A DNA stretch of 64,000 nucleotides, taken from contig JBEGWB010000155.1 of assembly GCA_041178065.1 (NCBI GenBank), forward strand, positions 1,497 to 65,496. The letters run 5' to 3'. This document shows positions 53,446 through 62,869 of the stretch, piece by piece (position 1 is the first letter of the stretch; each line of letters begins with the position of its first letter). The notes below the pieces were generated by a model, which made no database searches, was not told the DNA's origin, and was given only the letters and a program-made list of their open reading frames with translations. Position numbers and translations under genes: made by a program. Source of the stretch: Pseudomonadota bacterium (lineage in GTDB: Bacteria > Pseudomonadota > Gammaproteobacteria > Pseudomonadales > Pseudohongiellaceae).

Positions 53446-54723
53446 ATGTCGGAAATCATAAGTCCGGAAGAACTGCGTGCGCTGTGTGACCGCATCATCA
53501 AGAGCGGGGAGCTTGGGCGTTCGAAAACCTATGCGGCCATTCTCGAGTATCTCGCGGAATGCGCGATCACCGGCACGAACCCCAAGGAAGTAGCGATTGC
53601 GATGGATGTGCTCGGCCGCGAGGCCGACTTCGATGTGGGCAAGGATTCCATTGTCCGTGTGCATGTCTACCATCTGCGCAACAAGCTGAACGCCTACTAT
53701 GCCCGTGCGGGTGCAACTGAGAAATACCGGCTCGACATCCCGAAGGGCCAGTACATGCTGGTTACTACACCGAATGAGCCCGTGCCGGAGCCCGCGGTAA
53801 GCATCACGGGCCAGCCGCTTAACCGCAGACCCCTGACACTCTGGCTGGCCGGCTTCGCCATTGTGTTGCTGCTGGCGAACCTCGCGAGCAGCTGGCGCCC
53901 GGACGCGGCAGCGTCCGCCGTCGCGACGCCGAATCCTTTTGCCGCCACCGCGCTGTGGCAGCCGATGCTCGACGATGACCTGCCGGTGCTCATCATCGTC
54001 GGTGACTACTACATCATGGGTGAACTCGACGAAACGGGTAACGTGGACCGCATGGTGCGCGAGTTCAACATCAACTCAAGGCAGGACCTGCAGACGCTGC
54101 AGGGCGAAGGCGGCGGCGCTGAATACTTCAATCTCGATCTGAGCTACACGCCGACGAGCGTCGCGCCGGCGCTGGCGCAGGTGATGCGCGTCTTCGGCGC
54201 CGATGCAGACCGCGTGAGCGTGAAGATGATCTCGACGCTGAACACGACGGACCTGGTCGCTAACCACATCATCTATCTCGGCTACCTCAGCGGTCTGCAG
54301 AATCTCTCGGAGCTCATGTTTGCCGCGTCGGGGCTGACGGTCGGGATGACCTATGACGAACTCATCGAGCTCGATACGAATGAAAGCTTTACCAGTAGTT
54401 CCGGTTTGTCCCTCGGTGAAAATTCTTACCGTGACTACGGCATGCTGTCGAGTTTTCCTGGGCCGCGCGGCAACCACTTCGTATTGCTGGCCGGTATGCG
54501 CGACGAAGGCTTGATCAACCTGTCGGAAGAAGTGGCCGCCGTGGACAGCATCCGCACACTCGAAAACGCACTGAGCCTGAGTGCCTCGGGTGAGAGCAGG
54601 GCCTTCGAGGCGCTGTATGAGGTGCTCGGCTACGACAATACCAATTTCGATGCGAGCCTCGTGTACAGCAAGAGCCTCGACACGAAAGTGGTGTGGGAAA
54701 CGCGGCTCGTCGACGGGTTTTGA
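53446..54723 (+). CDS. Membrane-tethered winged-helix (ToxR/CadC-like) regulator with a large periplasmic domain
   Basis: N-terminal KTYAAILEYLAECAI...PKEVAIAMDVLGREADFDVGKDSIVRVHVYHLRNKLNAYY...RLDIPKGQY. One TM (LTLWLAGFAIVLLLANLA). About 270-aa C-terminal domain. No clear SD. Confidence 0.6.
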   Translation: MSEIISPEELRALCDRIIKSGELGRSKTYAAILEYLAECAITGTNPKEVAIAMDVLGREADFDVGKDSIVRVHVYHLRNKLNAYYARAGATEKYRLDIPKGQYMLVTTPNEPVPEPAVSITGQPLNRRPLTLWLAGFAIVLLLANLASSWRPDAAASAVATPNPFAATALWQPMLDDDLPVLIIVGDYYIMGELDETGNVDRMVREFNINSRQDLQTLQGEGGGAEYFNLDLSYTPTSVAPALAQVMRVFGADADRVSVKMISTLNTTDLVANHIIYLGYLSGLQNLSELMFAASGLTVGMTYDELIELDTNESFTSSSGLSLGENSYRDYGMLSSFPGPRGNHFVLLAGMRDEGLINLSEEVAAVDSIRTLENALSLSASGESRAFEALYEVLGYDNTNFDASLVYSKSLDTKVVWETRLVDGF

Positions 54724-54766
54724 GCCGCGGGCCTCCCATCGCCAGGCCTCTGAGTTCCTGAACGCG

Positions 54767-54816
54767 AAAGGGCCAGCCCCGCTTGATCAATACTGATCAA
54801 GCGGGGCTGGCCCTTT
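54767..54816. terminator. Bidirectional terminator hairpin between the regulator gene and rplI
   Basis: Perfect 23-bp stem AAAGGGCCAGCCCCGCTTGATCA-atac-TGATCAAGCGGGGCTGGCCCTTT. Confidence 0.8.
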
Positions 54817-54849
54817 CGTTTGGAGCGGTATTTCGTGCAGAGCTTTTTA

Positions 54850-55299
54850 TTACTTGCCGGCGACGATAGTCAGTTTGATCATGGTCGTGACTTCGCTGCC
54901 GAGCGACAGCAACACGTCGAACTCGCCCGTGTCGCGCAGGGCGCCCATCGGCAGCAGCACTTCGCTCTTCTCGAGCGCGTGGCCAGCCTGTTTGACGGCG
55001 TCGGCGATATCGCGCGTACCGACAGAACCGAACAGTTTGCCTTCTTCACCAGCATTCGCTTCGATGCGAATGACAAGGCCGTTCAGCTTGTCGGCGCGCG
55101 CCTGGGCGACGGCCTGCTTGTCGGAGGCGGCTTTCAGCAGCTCGGCACGGCGGGCTTCAAAGTCAGCCATGTTCGCTTTCGTCGCAGGAATCGCCTTGGC
55201 GAAGGGGAACAGAAAATTGCGGGCATAGCCTGACTTGACGTTGATCTTGTCGCCCACGTTGCCTACACGGCCCACTTTTTCCAGCAGTATGACTTCCAT
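54850..55299 (-). CDS. rplI: 50S ribosomal protein L9
   Basis: MEVILLEKVGRVGNVGDKINVKSGYARNFLFP. Confidence 0.95.
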   Translation of the reverse strand: MEVILLEKVGRVGNVGDKINVKSGYARNFLFPFAKAIPATKANMADFEARRAELLKAASDKQAVAQARADKLNGLVIRIEANAGEEGKLFGSVGTRDIADAVKQAGHALEKSEVLLPMGALRDTGEFDVLLSLGSEVTTMIKLTIVAGK

Positions 55300-55380
55300 C
55301 GGAAACCTCTTTTTCTCTTGGTCGGTCCGGCTAGTGAGCCGGTACTTGTAGGGAATATCGTAAATCTGTATTCGCGTTTC

Positions 55381-56226
55381 TTACTGCGCCATGCGTCTGC
55401 GTATGTTCGTCCAGCTGTCGACAAAGCCGAGCACGATGATGAGCGGTGTCGACATCGCCAGCAGGTAACTCAGCACCAGCCAACCGGAGTTGAGCTTACG
55501 CGCGGCCACTATCTTGTGCATCACGGCCAGTCCACACAGGGACGGCACGATGCAAAACAACATGATCCAGTCGCCCACCGGCTGCAATCCCAGGAGACCG
55601 CCGATCAGCAACAAGGCCAGTACGGCCATCGCACGCGGGTCGACTCTCAGCTCGTGGAACTCCTGTTGGAACCCGCCTGGGTTATACAACAGAGCCTGCC
55701 AGTAGCGGCCAATCATCACGCATACGATGAACACCAATACGTGCGATGCACCGTAAAAACTAATCCAGACTGACAGCAACTGGTCCGTGGCCTGTTCAAC
55801 CGTCAGCCCTTCGCCATCAGCCGTCGGCGGTAAACCGCCGCTGCTTTCCATGACCCGGATCAATGCTGCCCGGATCCCGGCGAGGTAGTCCTGTTGCAGC
55901 GGCAAACTCAACTGCAACAACACACCCAGCACCGTCGCGAGCACCAGCACCTGCTGCCACGACTGCGTGCGCCTGAGCAAATACGCCAGTAGCAACACGC
56001 CAATTACCATGATGACCGGGGCACTATCCCCGCTGAGCCACCGCATGCCAGCCGGCAGCAGGGCCCACATCATCACCAGGAATCCATCCTGCGGACCCTT
56101 GCGCAGAGTCACGAGCGCGACAACCGCCGCGCTCAGCAGGTTCAGCATGGGGATCAGCCCGAACAGCACCGCAACCGTTGCTGCCTGGCGCCGGCCTGAC
56201 ATTACATATTCGGCCAACCCACGCAT
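55381..56226 (-). CDS. Polytopic membrane protein conserved between rpsR and rplI (possibly DUF2232-like)
   Basis: About 7 hydrophobic helices. Occupies the same position as the hypothetical membrane gene in the Pseudomonas rpsF-rpsR-x-rplI cluster, as I recall it. Confidence 0.6.
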   Translation of the reverse strand: MRGLAEYVMSGRRQAATVAVLFGLIPMLNLLSAAVVALVTLRKGPQDGFLVMMWALLPAGMRWLSGDSAPVIMVIGVLLLAYLLRRTQSWQQVLVLATVLGVLLQLSLPLQQDYLAGIRAALIRVMESSGGLPPTADGEGLTVEQATDQLLSVWISFYGASHVLVFIVCVMIGRYWQALLYNPGGFQQEFHELRVDPRAMAVLALLLIGGLLGLQPVGDWIMLFCIVPSLCGLAVMHKIVAARKLNSGWLVLSYLLAMSTPLIIVLGFVDSWTNIRRRMAQ

Positions 56227-56236
56227 GAGGGGATTC

Positions 56237-56467
56237 TTATGCTTCGTGCGAATCCGTATAAGGAATCAGGGCCAGGAAACGTGCCTGTTTGATCGCGGTT
56301 GCCAGCTGACGCTGATAACGCGCTTTCGTGCCGGTGATACGGCTAGGAACGATCTTGCCCGTTTCCGAAACGTTGGCTTTCAGCGTTTCGAGATCCTTGT
56401 AATCGATTTCTTTGAAGTTTTCCGCGGTGAAGCGGCAATACTTGCGACGTCTGAAGAAGCGCGCCAT
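56237..56467 (-). CDS. rpsR: 30S ribosomal protein S18
   Basis: [16 protein letters not shown]...DYKD...L...V.E.GKI.PSRITGT.A.YQRQL..AIK.AR. Confidence 0.95.
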   Translation of the reverse strand: MARFFRRRKYCRFTAENFKEIDYKDLETLKANVSETGKIVPSRITGTKARYQRQLATAIKQARFLALIPYTDSHEA

Positions 56468-56519
56468 GGTGAATCTCCTGTGTTTCTGAAGTCAGTAACC
56501 TGTGGAAGAAAGGACGCGC

Positions 56520-56963
56520 TTATTCCGCGCTGTCGGCTTCTTCGGCTTCCTCTTCGCCGCCACCAGCATCGCTGCTGCTGTCGTCGGAGGATTCCTCGGC
56601 ACGCACGCGCTGGCTGGCGCGGGCTTTGCGTTCACGGTTTTCGTTTTCCGCTTTCTGGATGTGCGACATCTCGGTAACTGCTTCGTCACGCTTGATGACG
56701 AGGTTGCGGATGATCGCGTCGTTGTAGCGGAAGATGGACGTCAGTTCGTCCAGGACTTCCTGGCCGCATTCGATGTTCATCAGAACATAGTGGGCTTTGT
56801 GGATTTTATTGATCGGGTAGGACAGCTGGCGACGACCCCAGTCTTCCAGGCGATGTACGGCGCCGCCGGATTCCTTGATCATCTTGGTGTAACGCTCGAT
56901 CATGCCCCCGACCTGTTCGGACTGGTCGGGATGAACCATGAACACTATTTCATAGTGACGCAT
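56520..56963 (-). CDS. rpsF: 30S ribosomal protein S6 with an extended acidic C-terminal tail
   Basis: [18 protein letters not shown]...[23 protein letters not shown]. The tail is [25 protein letters not shown]. Confidence 0.95.
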   Translation of the reverse strand: MRHYEIVFMVHPDQSEQVGGMIERYTKMIKESGGAVHRLEDWGRRQLSYPINKIHKAHYVLMNIECGQEVLDELTSIFRYNDAIIRNLVIKRDEAVTEMSHIQKAENENRERKARASQRVRAEESSDDSSSDAGGGEEEAEEADSAE

Positions 56964-57160
56964 TTAGCGCTCCTCGTGGGTTTGCTTCCTGACTTGGCGG
57001 GAGCCTTCAGCGGCAGGGAAGCCGCCAGGCGCACCGTTAAGTAGTGAAGCAAGGAGTTATGTAGAGACACCGGAGGTGTCTGCACTTCGAAAGCGGTTGC
57101 CCGCCGGGTACTTAAAAAGAGGCGGCATTCTATGGGCATTAAGGTGCGGTGGCAACCTGA

Positions 57161-57733
57161 TTATGCCTGGCTGCCAAAGGTATCGGCGCTCGCCAGTGCC
57201 AGCACCTGGTCGCCGATGTCCCCGGGCCACTCCGACACGATGGCCCGCAAGCCATCGATATTTCCTGCAAACAGCAGGCGCGCGGCCTCTTCGAAGCCGG
57301 GCAAGTTGCCGCCAACCGCGTACATGAAATGGTAGGCGGAGGTAGCCCAGCTGTGGTTCCGGTCCTTCAGGTCCGGGTCCTTGCTGGCGCGTTCGATCAG
57401 TTTGCGCAAGGTTACCGAGGCGCCGCCGGGCTGCGTCGCGAGCCAGTCCCAGTGCCTTGGCAGGAGCGTGATTTCGCGCGCCACTACCCCAAGCTTTGGG
57501 CGTCCTTTACCGGGGCGGGCCGCATCGGGCGTTTCAGCCACGGCCGCCTCCGGGACTGTGCCGCGCAGGTCCAGATCGACCTGGGTACCGGTCTGCATAT
57601 CGAAAAAAAGCGGCTGTGCAGAAGGCTTCAGGCGCAAGTAGGCGCCAACTTTTTGCACGACCTCGTCATGCGCGCCGGCGGCAATGCGGAGTGAGCCATC
57701 AAAGGCGAACAGCGTAGGGTGGGGAACTAGCAT
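57161..57733 (-). CDS. DUF2239-like hypothetical protein
   Basis: 190-aa ORF with coding-like composition. GRPKLGVVAREITLLPRHWDWL and LRKLIE resemble DUF2239 (family name from memory). Confidence 0.5.
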   Translation of the reverse strand: MLVPHPTLFAFDGSLRIAAGAHDEVVQKVGAYLRLKPSAQPLFFDMQTGTQVDLDLRGTVPEAAVAETPDAARPGKGRPKLGVVAREITLLPRHWDWLATQPGGASVTLRKLIERASKDPDLKDRNHSWATSAYHFMYAVGGNLPGFEEAARLLFAGNIDGLRAIVSEWPGDIGDQVLALASADTFGSQA

Positions 57734-57845
57734 GGGGGAGGCTCCAAAATAGAGCGCGAATATTGCCCGGGTTTAATTACGAGGGCAATTATTACCCGGA
57801 TAAAATTGTGACAACCAGGTAACGGTGGCGCCGATTCCGCGGCCC

Positions 57846-58589
57846 CTAGGCGATACGCTGGCGCAGGGCCTCGAAGAGGCATACGCCAGCTGACACCGAT
57901 ACATTCAGGCTGCTGACTTCTCCCGCCATCGGGATCGAGAACAGCGCGTCGCAGTGCTCGCGGGTCAGGCGGCGCATGCCAGTGCCTTCGGAGCCGAGCA
58001 CGATGGCAAGCGGTCCCTTCAGGTCGGTCTTGTAGATGCTTTGCGGCGCTTCGCCGGCCGCGCCGTAGATCCAGATGCCACGCTGCTTCAAGGCTTCGAG
58101 ACAACGCACCAGGTTGGTCACGGCAATAAAAGGAAGGATCTCCGCCGCGCCGCAGGCCACCTTGCGCACCGTCGGCGTCATCAGCGCGGACTTGTCCTTC
58201 GGGACGATAAGGGCGTCGACACCGGCGGCTTCCGCCGAGCGCAGGCAGGCGCCGAGGTTGTGCGGATCGGTGACCCCGTCGAGCACCAGCAGGAAGGGGG
58301 GGCGCTCGAGGCCGTCGAGCAACTGCTTCAAAAAGCCTTCGCTTTTTTCCAGCTTGAGTTCGCGCGTCAGCGCCGCGACGCCCTGGTGGACACCGCCCGT
58401 TTTTTCGTCGAGTTCCGCGCGGCTCAGCTGCGCCACGGGAATGCCGACATTCGCGACGCGCGCGAGCACCGCGGCGAGCCGTTCGTCGTCGCGGCCCTGC
58501 AATACAAATAGCTGCAGAATACTGTCGGGATTGTGTTTCAGCAGGGCTTCGACGGCGTGGAGGCCATAAACCCAGTCATTACCACTCAT
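57846..58589 (-). CDS. rlmB: 23S rRNA (guanosine-2'-O)-methyltransferase, SpoU/TrmH family
   Basis: N-terminal substrate-binding YGLHAVEALL, then LVLDGVTDPHNLGACLRSA, LGSEGTGMR and IPMAGEVSSLNVSV. Starts 11 nt after rnr. Confidence 0.88.
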   Translation of the reverse strand: MSGNDWVYGLHAVEALLKHNPDSILQLFVLQGRDDERLAAVLARVANVGIPVAQLSRAELDEKTGGVHQGVAALTRELKLEKSEGFLKQLLDGLERPPFLLVLDGVTDPHNLGACLRSAEAAGVDALIVPKDKSALMTPTVRKVACGAAEILPFIAVTNLVRCLEALKQRGIWIYGAAGEAPQSIYKTDLKGPLAIVLGSEGTGMRRLTREHCDALFSIPMAGEVSSLNVSVSAGVCLFEALRQRIA

Positions 58590-58600
58590 TGCTTACTAAC

Positions 58601-61024
58601 TCACTTCGCGCGCCGGCGTCGGCCCGGCGCCTTGTTGTTGTGCTTGGGCGCGGCTTTTTCCTTTTCCTTGTCCTTGCCCGAACTCCTGCCGCTTGCCTTG
58701 GCGCGCTTCGGAAGGGCGCGCCCTGGTCCCTTGCTGGCCCCGGGAGCTTCGAGCAACTGCAAGTCGATCTTGCGTTCATCGACGTCGACGCGCGAAACCG
58801 ACACGCGCACCGCCGCGCCGAGCCGGAAGCTCAGCCCGCTACGCTCGCCGGTCAAGGTCTGGCTCGCACTATCGAAGTGGTAGTAGTCGTTCGTCAGTGC
58901 CGTGACATGGATCAGGCCTTCGACATAGACATCTGTCAATTCCACGAAGAGGCCGAAGTTGGTCACCGCTGTCACGATGCCCGCGTATTCCTCGCCGATC
59001 TTGTCCTGCATGTATTCGCACTTGAGCCAGTTGACGACGTCGTAGGTCGCCGTGTCGGCGCGGCGTTCCGTTGCCGACAGCTGCATGCCGAGCAATTCGA
59101 GATCGGCGTGGTTGTAGGGATACAGGTCGTTGCGCTTCAGCGCTTCGGCATTGCCGACCCGGCGTACGCCGTCCTTGTGCTTCGGATTGCGTATCAGGAA
59201 GCGGATGGCGCGGTGCACCAGCAAGTCGGGATAGCGCCGAATGGGCGACGTGAAATGCGTATAGGCGTCGTAACCGAGGCCGAAATGCCCGAGGTTGGTC
59301 GGCTGATACACGGCCTGCATCAGCGAGCGGATGACGAGCGTCTGCAGCAACTTGCGGTCTGGTCGATCTTTCAGCTTGTCGAGAATGAGGCGATAGTCCT
59401 TTGGTGTCGGCTTCGCTTTGCGATTGATGCCGATGCCGATACTGCGCAGGAAATCGTACAGTTTTTCCAGCTTTTCGGCGCTCGGGCCTTCATGCACGCG
59501 ATACAGCACGGGCAGCTTGGCTTTTTCGAGCAGGTCTGCCGTCGCGACGTTGGCGCACAGCATGCATTCCTCGATGAGGCGATGCGCATCGTTGCGCTCG
59601 ACCGGAATGATCTCCTTGATACGGCGCTGCTCCGAAAAAATGATGCGTGTTTCGACGGTTTCGAAATCAAGTGCGCCACGCTGCGTGCGCGCCTGCAGCA
59701 GTTGCTTGTAAAGCGCGTACAGATTCTTCAGGTGGGGCAACAGGGGCTGATACTTGGCGCTGATGCGCTGCTGCAGCACAGTTTCCGCTTCGCTCGCCGG
59801 TGTTTGCAGCATCGAAGCGACTTCCGTATAGGTCAGTCGCGCCTGCGAATGAATGATGCCTTCGTAGAACACGTAGCCTTCGATTTCGCCGGCCTGCGAC
59901 ACTTCCATCTCACAGACCATGACGAGCCGGTCTTCCTTCGGCTTCAGCGAGCAGAGTCCGTTCGACAGGTGCTCCGGCAGCATCGGAATCACGTAACCGG
60001 GGAAATACACGGAGTTTCCGCGGATCTGCGCCTCGGTATCGAGCGCGCTCTTCACTTGCACGTAATGCGAAACATCGGCGATCGCGACATACAGCGTAAA
60101 GCCCTTGCCACGCTTGCGCTCGCAGCACACGGCGTCGTCGAAGTCCTTGGCATCCTCGCCATCGATCGTGACGAAGGGCAAGGTGCGCAAGTCGACCCGG
60201 TAGCTCTGTTCGGCATCGCCGTTGACGGCGGCGGGGAAGCGCTTCATCGCTGCTGCCACTTCCGTTGGCCACTCGTACGGAATGTCGTGCGTGCGCACGG
60301 CAACTTCGATTTCCATGCCGGGCTTGCTGACGTCGCCTAGCACTTCCACGACCTGGCCCGTGGCCTTGTGATGTTCGTGTGGCCACTGCGTGATCTTGAC
60401 GACGACGAAGTCGCCATCGTTGGCATTCTTCGGGCGTTTTCCGGGGATCAGGATCTCCTGGGTAATGCGCTTGCTGTGCGGCATGACGATGCCGATGCCC
60501 GACTCGCAGTAATAGCGGCCGACAAACTGGTCCGTCTTGCGTTCGAGCACCTCGACGATCTTGCCTTCGCGACGTCCGCGCCGGTCGACGCCGGACACTC
60601 GCGCGAGCACGGTATCCCCATCGAATACCTTCTGCATCTGGCGCGGCGCGAGGTACAGATCGCCGGAGTTGTCCTCGGGAACCACGAAGCCGAAGCCGTC
60701 CTTGTTGCCCACGACACGGCCCTTGATGAGGTCCATCTTGTTGACGAGGCCATAGACGCCACGCCGATTGCTCATCAGTTGGCCATCGCGCGTCATTGCT
60801 TCGAGGCGCTTCTCCAGCGCGTTCTGCGCAACCGAGTCGAACAGCAGTAATTCCTTGCACAGGTCCTGGTGCGATGCGGGCTCGCCGCGCTGCTCGAGGT
60901 GCGCAATGATGAACTCGCGACTGGGTATCGGGTTCTCGTAACGCGCCGCTTCACGCTCGGCAAAGGGATCGTTACCCGCATCGGGCGAAAGCGTTAACTC
61001 GGGCGGAGCCTTGGATTTGGCCAT
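58601..61024 (-). CDS. rnr: Ribonuclease R
   Basis: Cold-shock-like N-terminus (GFGFVVPED), RNB core (VTIDGEDAKDFDDAV, HFGL....YTHFTSPIRRYPDL), S1 domain (GIVTAVTNFGLFVEL) and a Lys/Arg-rich tail. ATG 61024 chosen. Confidence 0.92.
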   Translation of the reverse strand: MAKSKAPPELTLSPDAGNDPFAEREAARYENPIPSREFIIAHLEQRGEPASHQDLCKELLLFDSVAQNALEKRLEAMTRDGQLMSNRRGVYGLVNKMDLIKGRVVGNKDGFGFVVPEDNSGDLYLAPRQMQKVFDGDTVLARVSGVDRRGRREGKIVEVLERKTDQFVGRYYCESGIGIVMPHSKRITQEILIPGKRPKNANDGDFVVVKITQWPHEHHKATGQVVEVLGDVSKPGMEIEVAVRTHDIPYEWPTEVAAAMKRFPAAVNGDAEQSYRVDLRTLPFVTIDGEDAKDFDDAVCCERKRGKGFTLYVAIADVSHYVQVKSALDTEAQIRGNSVYFPGYVIPMLPEHLSNGLCSLKPKEDRLVMVCEMEVSQAGEIEGYVFYEGIIHSQARLTYTEVASMLQTPASEAETVLQQRISAKYQPLLPHLKNLYALYKQLLQARTQRGALDFETVETRIIFSEQRRIKEIIPVERNDAHRLIEECMLCANVATADLLEKAKLPVLYRVHEGPSAEKLEKLYDFLRSIGIGINRKAKPTPKDYRLILDKLKDRPDRKLLQTLVIRSLMQAVYQPTNLGHFGLGYDAYTHFTSPIRRYPDLLVHRAIRFLIRNPKHKDGVRRVGNAEALKRNDLYPYNHADLELLGMQLSATERRADTATYDVVNWLKCEYMQDKIGEEYAGIVTAVTNFGLFVELTDVYVEGLIHVTALTNDYYHFDSASQTLTGERSGLSFRLGAAVRVSVSRVDVDERKIDLQLLEAPGASKGPGRALPKRAKASGRSSGKDKEKEKAAPKHNNKAPGRRRRAK

Positions 61025-61080
61025 GGCGAGACTACTTTGAGTAGGGAAAAAGGATGCCCGGCAGTATACACGCCAGGGAT

Positions 61081-61109
61081 TTGACAAGCAGGGGCCGGAT
61101 AGCGAGAAT
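61081..61109 (+). promoter_or_regulatory. Sigma-70-type promoter for tRNA-Leu
   Basis: TTGACA, a 17-nt spacer, then GAGAAT, followed by a GC-rich discriminator GCGCGCC. The tRNA starts about 28 nt downstream. Confidence 0.6.
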
Positions 61110-61136
61110 GCGCGCCTCTGTTTGAGTCCCTCCTAC

Positions 61137-61223
61137 GCCCAGGTGGTGAAATTGGCAGACACGCTAGCTTCAGGTGCTAGTGACCGCAAGGTCGTGAAGG
61201 TTCAAGTCCTTTCCTGGGCACCA
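61137..61223 (+). tRNA. tRNA-Leu (anticodon CAG), class II with long variable arm, CCA encoded
   Basis: GCCCAGG acceptor stem pairs with CCTGGGC. Anticodon loop CTTCAGGTG. Variable arm TGACCGCAAGGTCGT. T-arm GAAGGTTCAAGTCCTTT. Closely resembles E. coli tRNA-Leu(CAG). Confidence 0.92.
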
Positions 61224-61435
61224 TTCTTAAGCTCCACGTCTTCCCGCAACGTCTGATCTGCACGCGAAGACTTTAGAAACTGCAATTCACAGTCTGCTAG
61301 CCCGCCCCGGAGACTGAGTCTGCGTTCAAGCCCAGTGGCAAACCAGGGCTTCAAGCGACCACACTATCTCTAACCATGTGCTCAGCAGTCGCTCTGGTAG
61401 CTGAGAGTCATCGTTGCCAACACGCGTAACAGCAT

Positions 61436-61954
61436 TTATACCGACGCGCTTTCCTCCGATGGCTTCCGTGCCGCCAGCCAGTTCAAGGCAGGCATCAATA
61501 ACCCCCACACCAGCGCCAGGATCAGCAGCGTCTGAAAAAGCGGAAGCGGAAATTGCACGCCGCCTTGCAGTGAGCCCGCCCAGTAACTCAGAGGCCCGGC
61601 CACTATCCCTGCCAGTGATTGTCCCCAGCGCGGCCAGCCCTGCAAGAAGCTGAAACCACAGGGCAGAACCATTCCAAAATGAAGCCACAGAACTGCGAGC
61701 CAAAGCGGTAGCAGTGTTGTTGCGAAATCAAACACCCCGAATACTGCAAGCAACTGATCTGCTGCCATGCCAATCAATGCAATATACACAGCCGCTTTGC
61801 ACGCGGACCCTGCACGGAGCTGCAAGAAAATACTGGCGAGCAGTAAGAACATTCCCCATACAACCGCCTCTTGCTGAAAAAACACCAGCAAAAACCAACT
61901 CAGCTTGAATATTAGCAGATTGAAAAGTCGGGGCTGAGGTTGGTGCCTGGTCAT
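61436..61954 (-). CDS. DUF2878-like polytopic membrane protein
   Basis: 172 aa with about 5 hydrophobic helices. KLSWFLLVFFQ...AAVYIALIGMAADQLL. Family name from memory. AT-richer than its surroundings. Confidence 0.5.
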   Translation of the reverse strand: MTRHQPQPRLFNLLIFKLSWFLLVFFQQEAVVWGMFLLLASIFLQLRAGSACKAAVYIALIGMAADQLLAVFGVFDFATTLLPLWLAVLWLHFGMVLPCGFSFLQGWPRWGQSLAGIVAGPLSYWAGSLQGGVQFPLPLFQTLLILALVWGLLMPALNWLAARKPSEESASV

Positions 61955-62294
61955 GGATGCACAGTCGCAAATGTTACGGACAGTGTGCAGTACTACGCAA
62001 AACTACAACGAATGGATCGATACGATTATTTTTATGTGCCGAAAGTCATGTCCTGCCGTAGGACTGACATGTGAGCTTCACCTGTGGGCACGACAGCGAC
62101 TGGAACTGCCCTCACTACAAACTGTGTCGGCGTCGCTCCCGGATCGCGGAACGGAGCCAGGCTTTGCAGGCTCGCTGGAGTGAGCTTTGGCCGGCGATCC
62201 GGCCGGGTCAATCGTCCTGAGGCCGGCGCGAACGCAGATTCTGGTGGCGAGCAGAGCTTTTGCGAACAGCGGGATTATCACGAGCGCGGTTCCA

Positions 62295-62834
62295 TCAATG
62301 CCAGTTGTCGAACACGTGGTACAGCAAATCGTAGTCGGGGTCGTGGACGAGGCCTTCCGTCGGTAGCTCCGGTTTGAATGTCGCATGGCAGGCGTCGCAG
62401 CTGTCGGTCAGGTCGTTGCCCAGTGTCCGCAGCGCGGCCTTGTCGTGGTCCTGCGCGGCGACGATGGCTTGCTGGGCAATGCTGGACATATTGCGCGCGT
62501 GTTCTATCCACTGCGGCGATGCGGACCAGGCCGCGTCCATGTCGCCGCTCCCACCCAGCGTAATGGCTGGGCCTGCCGCGGCGAGCTGGATGGCGTAGTA
62601 CTCAACGATGCGCCATTCCTCTTCGGCAATATCGCGTTCCATCGTACCGTAATCCCAGATGTGATGGGCCGCGTGATCGATCAGCGTCACCATCAGCGCG
62701 TTGATGCTCACGGGCATCTCGAGCGGCACCGGCTCTGCGGCCTTCGCCAGCGACGAACTCAATACGATCAACAGCAGCAGGACTCCGAAGAGTACCAGCC
62801 CGAGCTTGATGAACTGACGACGTAAGGTATTCAT
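62295..62834 (-). CDS. Class II (cytochrome c'-like) four-helix c-type cytochrome, membrane-anchored/secreted
   Basis: N-terminal RRQFIKLGLVLFGVLLLLIVL. A single C-terminal haem motif CDACH, as in cytochrome c'/c556. Confidence 0.55.
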   Translation of the reverse strand: MNTLRRQFIKLGLVLFGVLLLLIVLSSSLAKAAEPVPLEMPVSINALMVTLIDHAAHHIWDYGTMERDIAEEEWRIVEYYAIQLAAAGPAITLGGSGDMDAAWSASPQWIEHARNMSSIAQQAIVAAQDHDKAALRTLGNDLTDSCDACHATFKPELPTEGLVHDPDYDLLYHVFDNWH

Positions 62835-62869
62835 GCCTTGTTCCTCCAATCAGCCGATGACGCCACTGC

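Noticed and set aside
57060-57090. AGACACC-gga-GGTGTCT hairpin upstream of rpsF as an S6:S18 autoregulatory leader
   Set aside because: It lies just downstream of the DUF2239-like gene and may simply be its terminator. I cannot match it to the known rpsF leader consensus from memory.
58589-60340. 583-aa ORF antisense to rnr
   Set aside because: Shadow ORF opposite an unmistakable RNase R gene.
61137-61435. tRNA-Leu as the attachment site of an intact integrative element
   Set aside because: No integrase or excisionase gene and no visible direct repeat of the tRNA 3' end lie downstream within the window. Only a composition shift remains, and that is reported separately at low interest.
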